A stretch of DNA of 64,000 nucleotides, taken from Naegleria gruberi (lineage: Eukaryota). A program made the translations under genes and the position numbers. The notes beneath the pieces are model-generated. The model saw only the letters and a list, made by a program, of their open reading frames with translations. It made no database searches and was not told the origin of the DNA. Below are positions 43,963 through 55,452 of the stretch, piece after piece (positions within the stretch are counted from its first letter, which is position 1; each line of letters begins with the position of its first letter). Location of the stretch: NCBI GenBank assembly GCA_000004985.1, contig GG738884.1. One strand, written 5' to 3'.

Positions 43963-45960
43963 ATGTTCAGATACGGCATTGCTTTTTTATTGATTCTGTG
44001 TTGCAGCATTAATGTTTACAGTTTGTCCTCAAAAGTTGTCAGCTGCACCGATGCCTCATGCACAACACAACTTGCAGTTCAAATATCTTTAGCCTTTGGA
44101 AATCAAAAATCGATGTTAGTAGAATTATCAGACACTGTGAATGAAAAGGGAGAAAAAGTTAATCTAAGGCCTATTAAGATTGTTATTCAGAAGTCAGCTC
44201 CGAAGGCTGTGTATCCTCTATTGTATGTGAAAACGTTTAACGGAAAACCAACAGAAAGCATAATTTACAAAGATGACATTCTTGTTCCAACTTGTGATGA
44301 TTCTTCAAAATCAGCAGCTCCAACTTGTGGTTGGGTAAAGGATAGCCAAGGAAACAAAATACCTGATAGCCAAGGCTTTTGTTGCTCCTGTTCAGTAGGA
44401 CAAATGTTCGGGGACAGTTCAGCGTCTAATAGAGGCGCTCTTAATTGTGGATTTATGCAAATGAAGTCTTCTGCTCACTGTTTACGTCTGGGAGAAGTTT
44501 ACTGGGATGCTTATGAAATAGAAGGTTATGTTATGTCATTTGAAATATCAGTATTCATAGGTGAAACTGGGTTTGATGATATTGGAAAAGTCACTGTTTC
44601 ACCATCATCTAAGTTAGCCCAACTGCCAAAAGGAGGAAGAGTAGAGCTTGAAGGGGACTTCTCTGCTTACAAATCAGTCCCACTTTATGAAAGCAAGTAT
44701 CTATTCATTCCAAGCTCTCCCAAAACAAGTCCAATAGTGGTCAACGGCCAAGCCAACTGGATGTTTATTGACAAATCAATGGTTACCTTAAGTGGTTCAG
44801 AATGCGATAAAATTGGTGTGTCATATGCTCAGTTCAGAAACCAACCAAATGCATGCTCAAGACCAGCACTTACTTGTCTAGCAAATCAAATAGAAGATCT
44901 AAGACTTGCAGACGTTGAATTAATGAAATCAGGCCTAAAATCTGGAAAATATATTGTTTCGAATTTTGGATCATTTGCTGTTAACAAAACCAATACAGGA
45001 AATGTATTAGAAAAGTATTTGGATGAAGATACTAATTCTCAGATCAATTTGTATATTAATGGTGAAAATGTAAAGTTTCTAATAACCAAAAGTGCAGCTG
45101 AAATTTCAGAAGCATATGTTAAAACATTTACTTCCCTTTCCAAAGAAGGTGAAATGTTGGTTAGTGTGAAAAACAAAGGCGCAAATGGTTGTTCCTACGT
45201 TGTAACAGTAACAGAATGCAGTGACAACATTCTTACAATTGTTCAACAAACAGTATTTGTAGATGCATCTAATAAGAAAGAATTAACCTTTCAAGTTAGA
45301 TCAGAGCAGAAACTAGCCACAACCAATCAGTGCAAAGTAACTCTGTTGTTTTCTGATGGTGAAAAAATTCAAGATATCACAGTTACCTTTGACTCAAAGG
45401 ATTACGCTTATGAAAATGCAATGGAAAGCAGTGGAGAACAAACAGGAAAAGTGGAAACAGAAGGAGATCACTCACTAGGTCAATGTAAATGTAACTCCCC
45501 ATTCGATGTGGTCTGTATTGTTCTCAATTCAAGCTCATGTACCTCCTACATTATTGGTTGGGTTGCCTCAATAGTTGGTATTATTGCAACTCCTGTAATC
45601 TTTGTCTTTTTGTGGAGATGTGGTCTATTTGGCCTAATGTTCAAGACGTGTAAATGTTGTGCTTGTTGCTGTTCCTTTCTTCCAACAAGTATTATGAATT
45701 GTCTTATTGGTCCTTATAAGAAGAAATCCAAAAAATCCAAGAAATCCAAAAAGAAGAAACGTCACCACTCTTCCTCTGATAGTGAAGATGAAAAGAAATC
45801 CAAAAAGAAAAAGAAGAAGAGCAAGAAGAATAAGAAGAGAAGGAAGAAGAGACGTCAACAACGTAGAGATGATTTTGAAATGGACTATTACAATGACAGA
45901 TACTCAAAGAGGAGAAGTCACAAGGATATTGAACATGATCCAATTGCTAGGTATAAATAG
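43963..45960 (+). CDS. HAP2/GCS1-like class-II-fusogen-type membrane protein (candidate gamete fusogen).
   Basis: Signal peptide (MFRYGIAFLLILCCSINVYS), then a roughly 520-aa Cys-containing ectodomain. It carries a motif I recall as HAP2-GCS1-domain-like (...PTCGWVKDSQGNKIPDSQGFCCSCSVGQMFG...SSAHCLRLGEVYWDAYEIEGY), a single TM helix (IIGWVASIVGIIATPVIFVFLW) and a strongly polybasic cytoplasmic tail (KKKSKKSKKSKKKKRHH...KKSKKKKKKSKKNKKRRKKRRQQRR). Confidence 0.5.
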   Translation: MFRYGIAFLLILCCSINVYSLSSKVVSCTDASCTTQLAVQISLAFGNQKSMLVELSDTVNEKGEKVNLRPIKIVIQKSAPKAVYPLLYVKTFNGKPTESIIYKDDILVPTCDDSSKSAAPTCGWVKDSQGNKIPDSQGFCCSCSVGQMFGDSSASNRGALNCGFMQMKSSAHCLRLGEVYWDAYEIEGYVMSFEISVFIGETGFDDIGKVTVSPSSKLAQLPKGGRVELEGDFSAYKSVPLYESKYLFIPSSPKTSPIVVNGQANWMFIDKSMVTLSGSECDKIGVSYAQFRNQPNACSRPALTCLANQIEDLRLADVELMKSGLKSGKYIVSNFGSFAVNKTNTGNVLEKYLDEDTNSQINLYINGENVKFLITKSAAEISEAYVKTFTSLSKEGEMLVSVKNKGANGCSYVVTVTECSDNILTIVQQTVFVDASNKKELTFQVRSEQKLATTNQCKVTLLFSDGEKIQDITVTFDSKDYAYENAMESSGEQTGKVETEGDHSLGQCKCNSPFDVVCIVLNSSSCTSYIIGWVASIVGIIATPVIFVFLWRCGLFGLMFKTCKCCACCCSFLPTSIMNCLIGPYKKKSKKSKKSKKKKRHHSSSDSEDEKKSKKKKKKSKKNKKRRKKRRQQRRDDFEMDYYNDRYSKRRSHKDIEHDPIARYK

Positions 45961-46008
45961 TTCTGTAAAATAAAATTATTGTAAATAGAAATCAATTATA
46001 AATACTAT

Positions 46009-47605
46009 TTACAAAATTATACATAGAGAAGGGCCATCTGTAGTATCTTCGTCATTCCTCTTTCTCTTCTTTGGTTGGTTTGCATTTTTCAAGAATTTTT
46101 CTGGAACTTGAACATGCTCCACAATTTCAAAGTCGTGTGTAAAGTTTCCATCCTCTACAGGTTGTATTTGTGGAGTAATTTCGGTATTTTGTTCTGAAAC
46201 TAATTGTTTCAGATCCAAATCCTTTAGCTCGAATTTCTTATATACAGCCTCTGCATCTTTCCATATTTCGTGAGGTTCTGGGATTTCAAATTCTTTCACT
46301 GCTCCAACTTCTTTAGCTGGAAGGAGATCAGGAACCTCTGATGGCATAGATTGATGGTACACGAGAGAATTCTCACGTGAATACTTCTCGGTAAATCTTT
46401 GAATTTCTGATTCCACTAATTTATATTCATTTTCCAAACTTGCCTTGTCAAATTGAGTGAATAACATTTTAGAATATTCTTTGTAAATACTCTTTGAATT
46501 TTCAAAAAGCTTGGAGGCCTCCTCCATTAATTTCATGGCCTTTCCATTTTCATCATTCTTGTTATAATCAAATGCTGAATATACATGAGAAAGAATATTG
46601 TAAAATGAAACCTTAAGTAATAAATGGACTTTGAGCTTTGGCTCCTCTGACTTGACATATTTCATAGCCTCCTTATACTTTTCGTGGACAAACATTGAGA
46701 GTTTGGCAATAGACTCCAGAGATGTCAACTCTTTTTCTAGAGCAATTCTAATGGCCAGCTCCTGAGCTTGGGCTCTTGTAATGCAATACATCATATTGCA
46801 CATGTCGACAGAGTTACTCTGAGTAAATTTCATTCCACCATAATTTGTCTTGAATTGAACTGCAACATTTTCAGCACAAAACTTCCACAATGAAGCTGAC
46901 CTCAAAATTAATTGAAGTGCTTGCTTTTTGTCAAATACCATTCTTTCATTTGCAAAGTTTAACAAAGAAACACTGGCAGTACTGAGCATCATTAGCATTT
47001 CATATAGGGCATCATTGCTTTCCACCTTGATGGAATTATGCCACCAATTATATACAGAAATGAACTGCAACTTGCTTAACATTGGAAGTGTCTTGGAATC
47101 AACTTTCACTTCTTCCTCCTCCTCTTCCTCTTCCTCACGAACCATAACTCCAGCACCTCCACTTGAAGATGCTCTGTTTCCAGATGATGATTTCTTTGAT
47201 TTCTCCTCCTGTTTGGTCTCTTGTTCCTTATCATCAACCATCGGAGCTGACAAATCCCAAACCAATCCAACCAAGACACTCACATACTCCATAATCTTGT
47301 TATATAATTCTTCATTATCTTTTTCAACCATCAACATTTTCCCATTTGAAAATAACAAACTTACAACTTTTTTGTTCCATCAAATTCCTAACTTGTTCCC
47401 TCTTTTCCATCAATATTTTGGCCAACTCTCCATCAAATGATTTACAATGCCTCTCAAACATCTTTTCAAATACACATCGATTCGTCACTCTGATCGCAAA
47501 TAAACAATTCAAATTTCCATCCAAGGCTTTTCTTCCCTCCGAAGCATACTCCACCAACAAGTGGAAAGGTGGAAAATCTCGATTGCCTGGTAGTTGTGGA
47601 GGCAT
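46009..47605 (-). CDS. BRO1-domain protein (BROX-like), with probably one short intron near 47330-47380.
   Basis: MCNMMYCITRAQAQELAIRIALEKEL resembles the BRO1 core of BROX (VIQCQAEAQEVTIARAIELK). The upstream ORF (47324..47605) and main ORF (46009..47358) overlap in different frames, with a GTAAGT at the junction. Confidence 0.55.
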
Positions 47606-47829
47606 TTTTTTAGATTTGAATTTGCCGCCAATTCGAAAAGATTTTCACCCTTATGTAACACGCATATTTAAAAAATTTACTGTAAATAATTTCTAAAACA
47701 AGTATTTAGTATTGAATTCAATAGTATTTGTAATATTTAATACAAACAATTGTTTCATTTACAAAGTGTTGAAAAGGAACTTGAGAATCAATCAAATGTC
47801 AACTACATACTTCAACAAACATAAAAAAA

Positions 47830-50334
47830 ATGTCATACGGTCGATCTAAGAAGAAGAGTATTTTCGGAGGCTTTTTTAAAAGTATGTTTTTTCAAAATAT
47901 TGACATTCAATTAATTATTATCATCATTAAATACTTAAATTATTTAAATATTTTGTAAACTATTTAATAGGTAATGACAATGAAGTAAATTTGGAAGATT
48001 ATGCTCTCAGTCAATGGACTACGCAAATGGTAGTTTCTTGGTTAAAAGACCAAGGACATGATAAGAAGGTAATTTTATATCTTTAATATTATATGTTATA
48101 TAGTTAAATACTATTTTGTAAACTATTTAAAAATTACACCAACAACAACAACAATATAACAAAAAAAAACGGAAATATAATTGGACATTTTCATCATATG
48201 ATTTTACAACAACAATAACAAAATTCCAAAAAAAACCATATCATTGTAATAATATTTAAATATTTTAAATATTAAATAATATTTAAATATTTTAAATATT
48301 AAATAATATTTATAGGTTTACAAAATATTTGAAAAGAACAAAATAACAGGAGCTTTCTTTTGTCAAAATGTAACCAAAGCAGATATCATCCGTTTAGGAT
48401 TTACACCTGGAATGTCAATCACACTTCACAATCAAATTGAAAAATTAATTGAAAGAATGAAATCCATCAATCCCTATAATGTAATTCTCAGTAGTAGACC
48501 ACATCATCCAAGTAATACTACAAATAATCAGAGTTCAAATAGTATTGCTAGTTCAAGTTCTTTGAGTTTATCTTCTAGAAATAGTATGAAATATGATGGT
48601 GCTGCTTTGGCACAATTGAGTGGATTGAATGGAGTTGATCCAAAGGATTCGAATAATGTGTTATTGACACCACCTCGTCCAAGTTTAGTTTCGAAAGGTT
48701 CGACAGGAAGTATTATGGCACTCACAACACAAACTTCACCACTCAATATTTCACAATCATCTCCAGGATTTTCTGAAAAGGATATTCCAATGTTTGCTCA
48801 TCATCAACGTAAATTTTCAATGGCAATTCAAAATCAAGGTCCATTAACATCAACAAATGGTGAAGAGAATGTGTTTGTTGAACCTGCTTATTCTTCAACT
48901 GGAGCATTGTCAATTGCAGATATTGAAATTGAGGATGATTACTTTTTGAAAATGGAAATGGAATCATTTACTGTGGGTAGCAAACAAGAAGAAGAGAAGG
49001 AACTTCAAGAATTCCTTTCTGAACCAACTGTTGCCGGTGAAAATACTCCATCAGTTGTCGATCAAACTCCATCCTCTCCTGGAACTAATAGTCCAACAAG
49101 TGGAAACTCATCACCAATTAGTACAACTAGCACCAGTAGTGTTGCAAATAATAGTTCCAGTAATAATATCATTTCATCGGCATCTTCACCAACAACCAAT
49201 TCAAAATACTTGTTGGTTCCTGTTGCTCCAATGGAGAAAGTTCCAGAAGAATATGCAGCTGCCTATGAATTTTGCCTGACCAATCTGAGATTACTTCCAT
49301 TTGAAGTGAATAATATCAAAGCAGTAGCTCAGGATTTGGTTATTCCAGAAAGATTCATGTTTAAATATTGTAATATCAAACATTATATGCCAGATGATGA
49401 TGAAGACGAAACTGGTTCTGAAAGAGCATCAGTTGTCAGAACAATGACCAAGACTTTTTTGAAAGTACAATTTGTTATCAATGCTACAGATCGTGGTGTT
49501 TGGTTTAAAATGCAGAGACAATATAAGAATCAACTGAAAGGATACAAACCACACAAATTCGGATCTTTCTATCCAGCTCTTTTAATTGGACCATTCCTTT
49601 TCGAATATACATCACATGGTTTTGCATTGGTGAGAATTTCCAAATCAAAGAGAGTTGTAGGTCATGAAATCACAACAATTACAGGTGCTGATAAGGTGAA
49701 GGAATTACTTCAAAAGGTTTCACAGGTGTGCTGTGAATTCAATGGTTCACGAAAGTTTGACATTCAAAAGAATAATCCAATGAGCTTTGTCTATGCAGTT
49801 TTGGATAAACTCAAAATTAGAAAATCAATTGAAAATCACTTAGGAAAAGGTTGCATCAAAGCTTTCATTCAAAATTTGGAAAAATTTGGATATTACAGCA
49901 TGACACTCAATTTACCAAAACAATTAGCAACCTTGTTAGGAAAGGAAGAATATATCATTGACAGCCATAAGGACTTGGATGAACTTCATATTAATATTCA
50001 AACTAACTTCCCAGAGTACTTTGATGTTGAAGGTAAAATGGATGAAACTCTCTTACAATCATTTGACATTTCATTCTGGTATCTCCATCATGAAAATAAG
50101 ACAGTTGAAGATTTCAAACCTGCATATTCTGGAAAAATCTGTAAGTGTCCATTCAACATGTTAGAAAAGCACCCAATTGATATGATTGAAAGCGTATCAA
50201 AGTCCAATTACCGAGGTGCCAAACATCATATGCAAAATGTTCTGCCAACGAGACCAGCTTATGGGCTCGCCTCTGTGTCTTCATCTGCTAACTTGACTGA
50301 AATGGGATCACCAACAAGTGAAACCAAGTGTTGA
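47830..50334 (+). CDS. SAM-domain protein with a Ser/Thr-rich linker and a conserved C-terminal domain of unknown function; three exons.
   Basis: Exon 1 (47830..47881) reads MSYGRSKKKSIFGGFFK, followed by a GTATGT donor. Exon 2 (47971..48068) follows a TAATAG acceptor and ends before GTAATT. Exon 3 (48316..50334) follows a TTATAG acceptor and is in frame with the track ORF starting at 48412. Spliced exons 2-3 give a SAM-like fold (LEDYALSQWTTQMVVSWLKDQGHDKKVYKIFEKNKITGAFFCQNVTKADIIRLGFTPGMSITLHNQIEKL). Confidence 0.6.
48243..48315. repeat. Two copies of a 33-nt AT-only tandem repeat (aatatttaaatattttaaatattaaataatatt) inside intron 2 of the SAM-domain gene.
   Basis: Direct reading of 48243-48315. 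Confidence 0.7.
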
Positions 50335-50455
50335 AAATAAATTATTCTAATATTTATTATTAACAACAATTGAATTGAACAATTTCACATGTCACTCAGA
50401 AGGAAATTAAGGAAATAAGGGATTAATTTTAAAATATTTTTTAATTACAAAAAGT

Positions 50456-52498
50456 TTATCTTCTGTCCTTCTTACCAATCGTTGTCTTACCACTGAACAA
50501 GTGCTTTGGCATCATATTGTAAACAACGTGATCTGTTTCAGCACGTTTACCTTCAGCTTGTATTGTCTTAACCTTCTTATTACGCAAATCAACAGCAGCA
50601 GCTTGCTTCTTTGGATCTTTGATACCAGCAAACTTACCAATCTTGGCAACAAGAGGATTGTGAGGTGTCAAAGTACGAGTTCTCTTACCGAGAGCAGTGT
50701 CATCAATATCAACAGAATCATATTCAGCAGCAGCACGCTTTTCAGAAGCACTTCTATTCATGGCCATCTTGCTTTCACTTCTGGCTCTAGCACCAACACT
50801 CGAAACAGCAAGCTTGTGAGTTCTACCTGATGAAGTAGTTCTAGCAACTGAGTTGGATCTAGCCTTATCCAAAGCTTCTTCTGGAACACCTCTGTTCTTA
50901 AGTTCACCAACAATTGACTTCAAATCAATTGGTTTATCCTTTCTTGTCAACTTAGGATGGTTAGTATTCTTATTATACTTGTTAGTTTGAATGATAATTG
51001 CCTTCTTATCAACAATCTTTTGGTAGTCATCTTCTTCATCAGAGTCAACAAAGTATTCTTCGTCGGCATAGTTAACACCTCCTTCGAATCCACCTTCTTC
51101 TCTGAGTCTTTCTTCTTCTTCAGCTTCGAGTTCTTCCAATCTCTTTTCAATTTCTGGATCCACAAAGTCAGCAATATTCTTTCCGTTAATAAATTCTGGA
51201 ATAATATCATATTTCCATTCTTCGTTCTTTAAAAGATAATGCTTCTTATAATCTGGCATGTAAACACCAGAACCACCTCCTTCATTTTCAAGATGTTTTT
51301 CAGTGATTCTTTCGTCTTCCATTTCATTTTCGATATTTCTCTTCAAAATGACGCTTTCTGGGATTTGTGGCACTCTTGTAATGTCATCTCTCTTCTTTGG
51401 AAGAGCCAAGTGAACTCTGTTCAAAATATTTTCAACTGACTTCTTACCATGACTCATCTTAGCTTCAACTCTGTTTTGGAGCAACAAATCACAAGCTTTA
51501 GTTTTAACTTCATTCAAACCAGATTGGTCAATGTTACTGATAGCAAGCATATCACTACACATATCAGCAACTTCTTGCAACATCTTCTTGTGTAAATCGC
51601 TCAATTCGTCATATTTAACCAAGTCAACCTTTGTTAAAACCAACAAAACTGGTTTACCAGCAAAAAGTGGTTTGACATTCTTGAAAAGGTCACATTGTTG
51701 TTGAATGTTGTATCCACAAGTTTCACTCATATCTAACAAATATAAAATAGTAGAACGCAAGTGAGCCATAGCTGTTATACTTTGCATTTCAATTGTGTTA
51801 CGTTGTTCAAGTGGATGGTCCAAAATACCTGGTGTATCAATCAATTGCCATTTCAAATAACGATATTCCATATGACCAACAAACAAGGATTTGGTTGTGA
51901 AAGGATAAGGTTGAACATCAACTTGAGCACGTGTCATATTATTCATAAAACTAGATTTACCAACGTTTGGATAACCAACTAGAATCAAAGTACGTGATGA
52001 TGGATCAATAGAAGGTAAACGAGCCAAGTGTTGTCTGACTTGTTCAAGATAGATAAGTGATGAATTTTGTTTAGTCAATACTGTAATCATTCTACCCAAA
52101 GCAGCTCTCTTCAATTGTTTGCAACGATATAAAGAGTCACCATATTTAAGTAAACGAACATAATCTCTACCAATAGCATCAACAAGATTTCTGCAGGTAC
52201 TTAATTGACCCAAAGCAAGCTTGTAGTGATCCTTATCATAGAGAACGTTCATCAAATCCTCATAGAATGGGTGAATATCTCCCAATCGTGGGAATTCATC
52301 AAGGATGAGAGTAATTTTATCGTGGATGGCTTGTTGACAAAATTTAACTTTTCTCATGTAGAATCTTCTAATACGATTGATAGCATATTGAGGGTGAATT
52401 TCGGTTGGTGTTTTTCTTTGTGTTTTCGAAAGAACAATGTCCATAAATTCTCTTCCGTTAGGAACTGGTGTAATCTTCTTAAAATTATAAACGACCAT
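50456..52498 (-). CDS. NOG1: Nucleolar GTP-binding protein NOG1 (GTPBP4), a ribosome biogenesis GTPase.
   Basis: MVVYNFKKITPVPNGREFMDIVLSKTQRKTPTEIHP... G1 loop (GYPNVGKSSF), G3 (DTPGILD) and the overall NOG1 N-terminal domain followed by a basic C-terminus. Intronless. Confidence 0.9.
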   Translation of the reverse strand: MVVYNFKKITPVPNGREFMDIVLSKTQRKTPTEIHPQYAINRIRRFYMRKVKFCQQAIHDKITLILDEFPRLGDIHPFYEDLMNVLYDKDHYKLALGQLSTCRNLVDAIGRDYVRLLKYGDSLYRCKQLKRAALGRMITVLTKQNSSLIYLEQVRQHLARLPSIDPSSRTLILVGYPNVGKSSFMNNMTRAQVDVQPYPFTTKSLFVGHMEYRYLKWQLIDTPGILDHPLEQRNTIEMQSITAMAHLRSTILYLLDMSETCGYNIQQQCDLFKNVKPLFAGKPVLLVLTKVDLVKYDELSDLHKKMLQEVADMCSDMLAISNIDQSGLNEVKTKACDLLLQNRVEAKMSHGKKSVENILNRVHLALPKKRDDITRVPQIPESVILKRNIENEMEDERITEKHLENEGGGSGVYMPDYKKHYLLKNEEWKYDIIPEFINGKNIADFVDPEIEKRLEELEAEEEERLREEGGFEGGVNYADEEYFVDSDEEDDYQKIVDKKAIIIQTNKYNKNTNHPKLTRKDKPIDLKSIVGELKNRGVPEEALDKARSNSVARTTSSGRTHKLAVSSVGARARSESKMAMNRSASEKRAAAEYDSVDIDDTALGKRTRTLTPHNPLVAKIGKFAGIKDPKKQAAAVDLRNKKVKTIQAEGKRAETDHVVYNMMPKHLFSGKTTIGKKDRR

Positions 52499-52862
52499 TG
52501 TTATATATTAGTTTTTTTAGTGGTAGTATTAATGATGAATGATGGAGAGAAGAGGTTTTACTTTGTGTGCGGAGGTGTATCTGTTTTTACTAGTACAAAG
52601 TAAAAGGAGGAAGATATGAGGGTGGTTGTTATTTTTTTTCTCGACAGAAATTTTTTGAAAAGGCTCTCAACAAAATGTTGCAAGTTTTTCTTCTTGGCAA
52701 TTGTTGAAGTTATTTTGAAAGATTCACGAGTTGATGATGATTGTGTGAGGTGCAATGGAAAGTAATCAGAAAAGAATGGAAGGAAATTATATAGATAGAA
52801 TTTTACTATATTGTTAAATAGTTCATGATCTAATTTGAACTAATTTTGTGTTCAATTATTAT

Positions 52863-54660
52863 TTACTTATCGGAAGAATGAAGAGCATCAACGGAAGTAT
52901 CAATATTGTTAATCTCTTGCAATTCTGTCATTAGTAGAGTCATAAAGAGATCAGTTTTGGAGAAGACTCTCACATTGGATTGCTTGTCGTAAGGAGTTTT
53001 CTGCAAATTAACAATACACATCAGATTATTGACATTCATCTTGGGTAATTGAGCAGCTGGATTCACGAGCATTGAGGTTCCAAGAACAATGGATAGATCA
53101 CATTTCTCTGAATGTGAGATGGCACTCTCAAGTTCTTTTGGTGGCAAGGTTTCATTGAAATGTACAATGGTGTCAATTAGTTCACCTCCACAACTTTCAC
53201 ACAAACTACCAGTCAAGTGATCTCTAAAGTTTTCAACAGTTTTACAAACATCATATCCTCTCAAATATTCCTTCTTGCATTTCTTACATACTTCAAGGAA
53301 GCAATTACCATGTAATTCAGATAAGTGAGCTGGTTCAAGACCACTTCTTCTATGAAGACCGTCCACGTTGGTTGAAATAACAAACTTTACCAAACCAATC
53401 TTGACAAGATGAGAAACAGCATAGTGTGTAAATGTTGGAAGAGCTTGTTCAATTTCAATGTTCTTAATTTCATTAGCTTTTCCTTCATTGGTTAAAGTCC
53501 AACATCCTTTTGGTCCACGATAATCTTTTCATTGTGAGTATATAATTGACTATTGGAATAAGAAACTTACCTGGAATTTTGGCACTTGTGGAAATACCTG
53601 CTCCTGAATAAATACAACAGTGTTTAGAATTCTTAATTAGATCTGCCATTTGTTTTGCCTTTTCTTGTACAACTTGTTCTTCTTCTTCATATTCCTTGGC
53701 ATCTTCAGTAAGTCCTGTCACTGCTCCAATTCCTTTTCCAGAACCAACATTTTCACCAAAACCAATACAATCAAGAAGATGCTTTTCTTTTGTTTCAGTC
53801 TTGTTTAGTTTCTTGTCAAAATTCTTAATTTGATCCAAAAAGGAAGAAGAGACTGACTCTGTGGTAACTTGTGGAGTTGGAGTAGTTGTAGCATTAGAGA
53901 TTGGTTGAGAAGGAGGGACCGGAACACTTGTGCTCTTTGTAGTTTCACCCTTTTTCTTAATAACAGGTGTCATGAAATTTTTCATTTTCTTTTCAAACTC
54001 TCTTTGAATTGCATCCTTCTTTTCCTTCTCTTCAAAAGTTGAGACGTAACCACTTCCCTCACGAATAGCCACAACTGTTTCTAGACTAATTGTGTTTGGG
54101 CTGTTTGAAAATCTTGAAATGAACTGAAGCGAATTTTTCATATCTTTTCCCAATTTCATTTCCGACAAGGATGGTATATCAATTGTGAATTCTTGAAGAA
54201 TTTTGCCACTATCTGTTTCAATAGAGAACTTGGTATTCCTAATATTGTAATTGGAAACAATCTTCATTTGTGAAAGAATATCATTAAGATCAACAATGTT
54301 GCTAAATTGTTCTTCAGAGATGATAAATGCAATTCTGCAATTTTTCACAGAATCTAATTGAAGAGTTTTGACCTTTTTAACTCCAATAGATAATTTACAA
54401 TCTCTGCATTTCAAAAATTCAACAAAACCAGTGGTGATTGATTCAACATCAACAACCACAGTTGTATCCTTATTATCTTCCATTATAATTTTCATACATT
54501 TTTGTGCTTGAAGAAGAAGTGTTGATCTTTCGCATTGGGTAACATATACCAAATCTTGAGGAGAGAATTTGCTTTCTACCCTTCCCGATGAGTCATCTAC
54601 AACTCCCTTGATCATAAAAGGGGATTTTGGGGTGAAATTTAAGGTAGGTAATCTAGTCAT
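52863..54660 (-). CDS. Class-IV (SIRT6/SIRT7-like) sirtuin with a roughly 300-aa N-terminal extension; two exons.
   Basis: Exon 1 spans 54660..53571 and ends ...GAGISTSAKIP. A GTAAGT donor follows, and the intron is 53525..53570 (46 nt) with an AAAAG acceptor. Exon 2 spans 53524..52863 and begins DYRGPKGCWT. The spliced junction recreates the GAGIS..IPDYRGPxG NAD-binding motif. Downstream are HGNCFLEVCKKC, a zinc ribbon and VNLQKT. Confidence 0.8.
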
Positions 54661-54977
54661 TTTTTTAATGTTAAAAAAACTTGATTATTTACCATTATTC
54701 AAATGCTGATAAAGGAGAGTTCATATTTCCTTGATCGATTACTGTCAAGTATAATTCATCTCTGCAGATTATTTATTGCTAAGGTAATTACCTTTTTTAA
54801 ATCTGAAAAGAATGCACTAGGCAATTCATGCTTGGAGAATGCTGAAAAAGAGAAAAATAAAATATGAATCCTCTTTTATTTTTGTATCTGAAATGAGGTA
54901 TTTCAAATAACTCATTTCTTCTTTGTATATTTCAAATAAATAAAACAGTGCTGCAAAAGAGAAATAAAATATGAAAT

Positions 54978-55050
54978 CGCCCACCGTGGGGGTCGAACCC
55001 ACGACCACAAGGTTAAGAGCCTTGCGCTCTACCGACTGAGCTAGACGGGC
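54978..55050 (-). tRNA. tRNA-Lys, anticodon CUU.
   Basis: The reverse complement GCCCGTCTAGCTCAGTCGGTAGAGCGCAAGGCTCTTAACCTTGTGGTCGTGGGTTCGACCCCCACGGTGGGCG folds as a canonical 73-nt cloverleaf. The 7/7 acceptor stem has two GU pairs, the anticodon loop is CUCUUAA and the T-arm is GTGGG/CCCAC. It is close to metazoan tRNA-Lys-CUU. Confidence 0.9.
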
Positions 55051-55452
55051 TACATTAACTACATCTATACTATTAATTAACAAGCCTTAGTGTGGCCTTA
55101 CAATAAGTAAGACATAGGTTGAAATTATGGTATGATTATGGTTACAATATATATTTGAAATTATTAAAGAACCTACAATTGCTTTTAACTTTACAATCTT
55201 GGTATTGCCTATTTGATTTGATGCTTTCTTCAACACCTCCACTTTTCAGGAAGAAAGTAGTAATATGGTGCAACAAGATGAAGTCTGATTCAGTATCACT
55301 TTGTACAAACGTAACAATCCAGCATTAAATTCATCTCTGGAAGAGAATGAAGTTTATCATTATCAAGCACCTCAAGCACAAGATTATATTTCATAGAAGA
55401 ATGTGATACTCTTTTTTTTATTATTGAATTTAGAAACCAAACAAATAATAGC

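Noticed and set aside
47346-47696. 116-aa plus-strand ORF.
   Set aside because: It is antisense to the BRO1-domain gene's 5' exon and promoter, with low-complexity translation.
50947-51232. Small ORFs on both strands inside 50456..52498.
   Set aside because: They lie within the well-supported NOG1 CDS and are alternative-frame noise in a K/E-rich region.
54826-55083. 85-aa ORF on the minus strand.
   Set aside because: It is simply a translation of the tRNA-Lys gene and its AT-rich flank, so it is not a protein gene.
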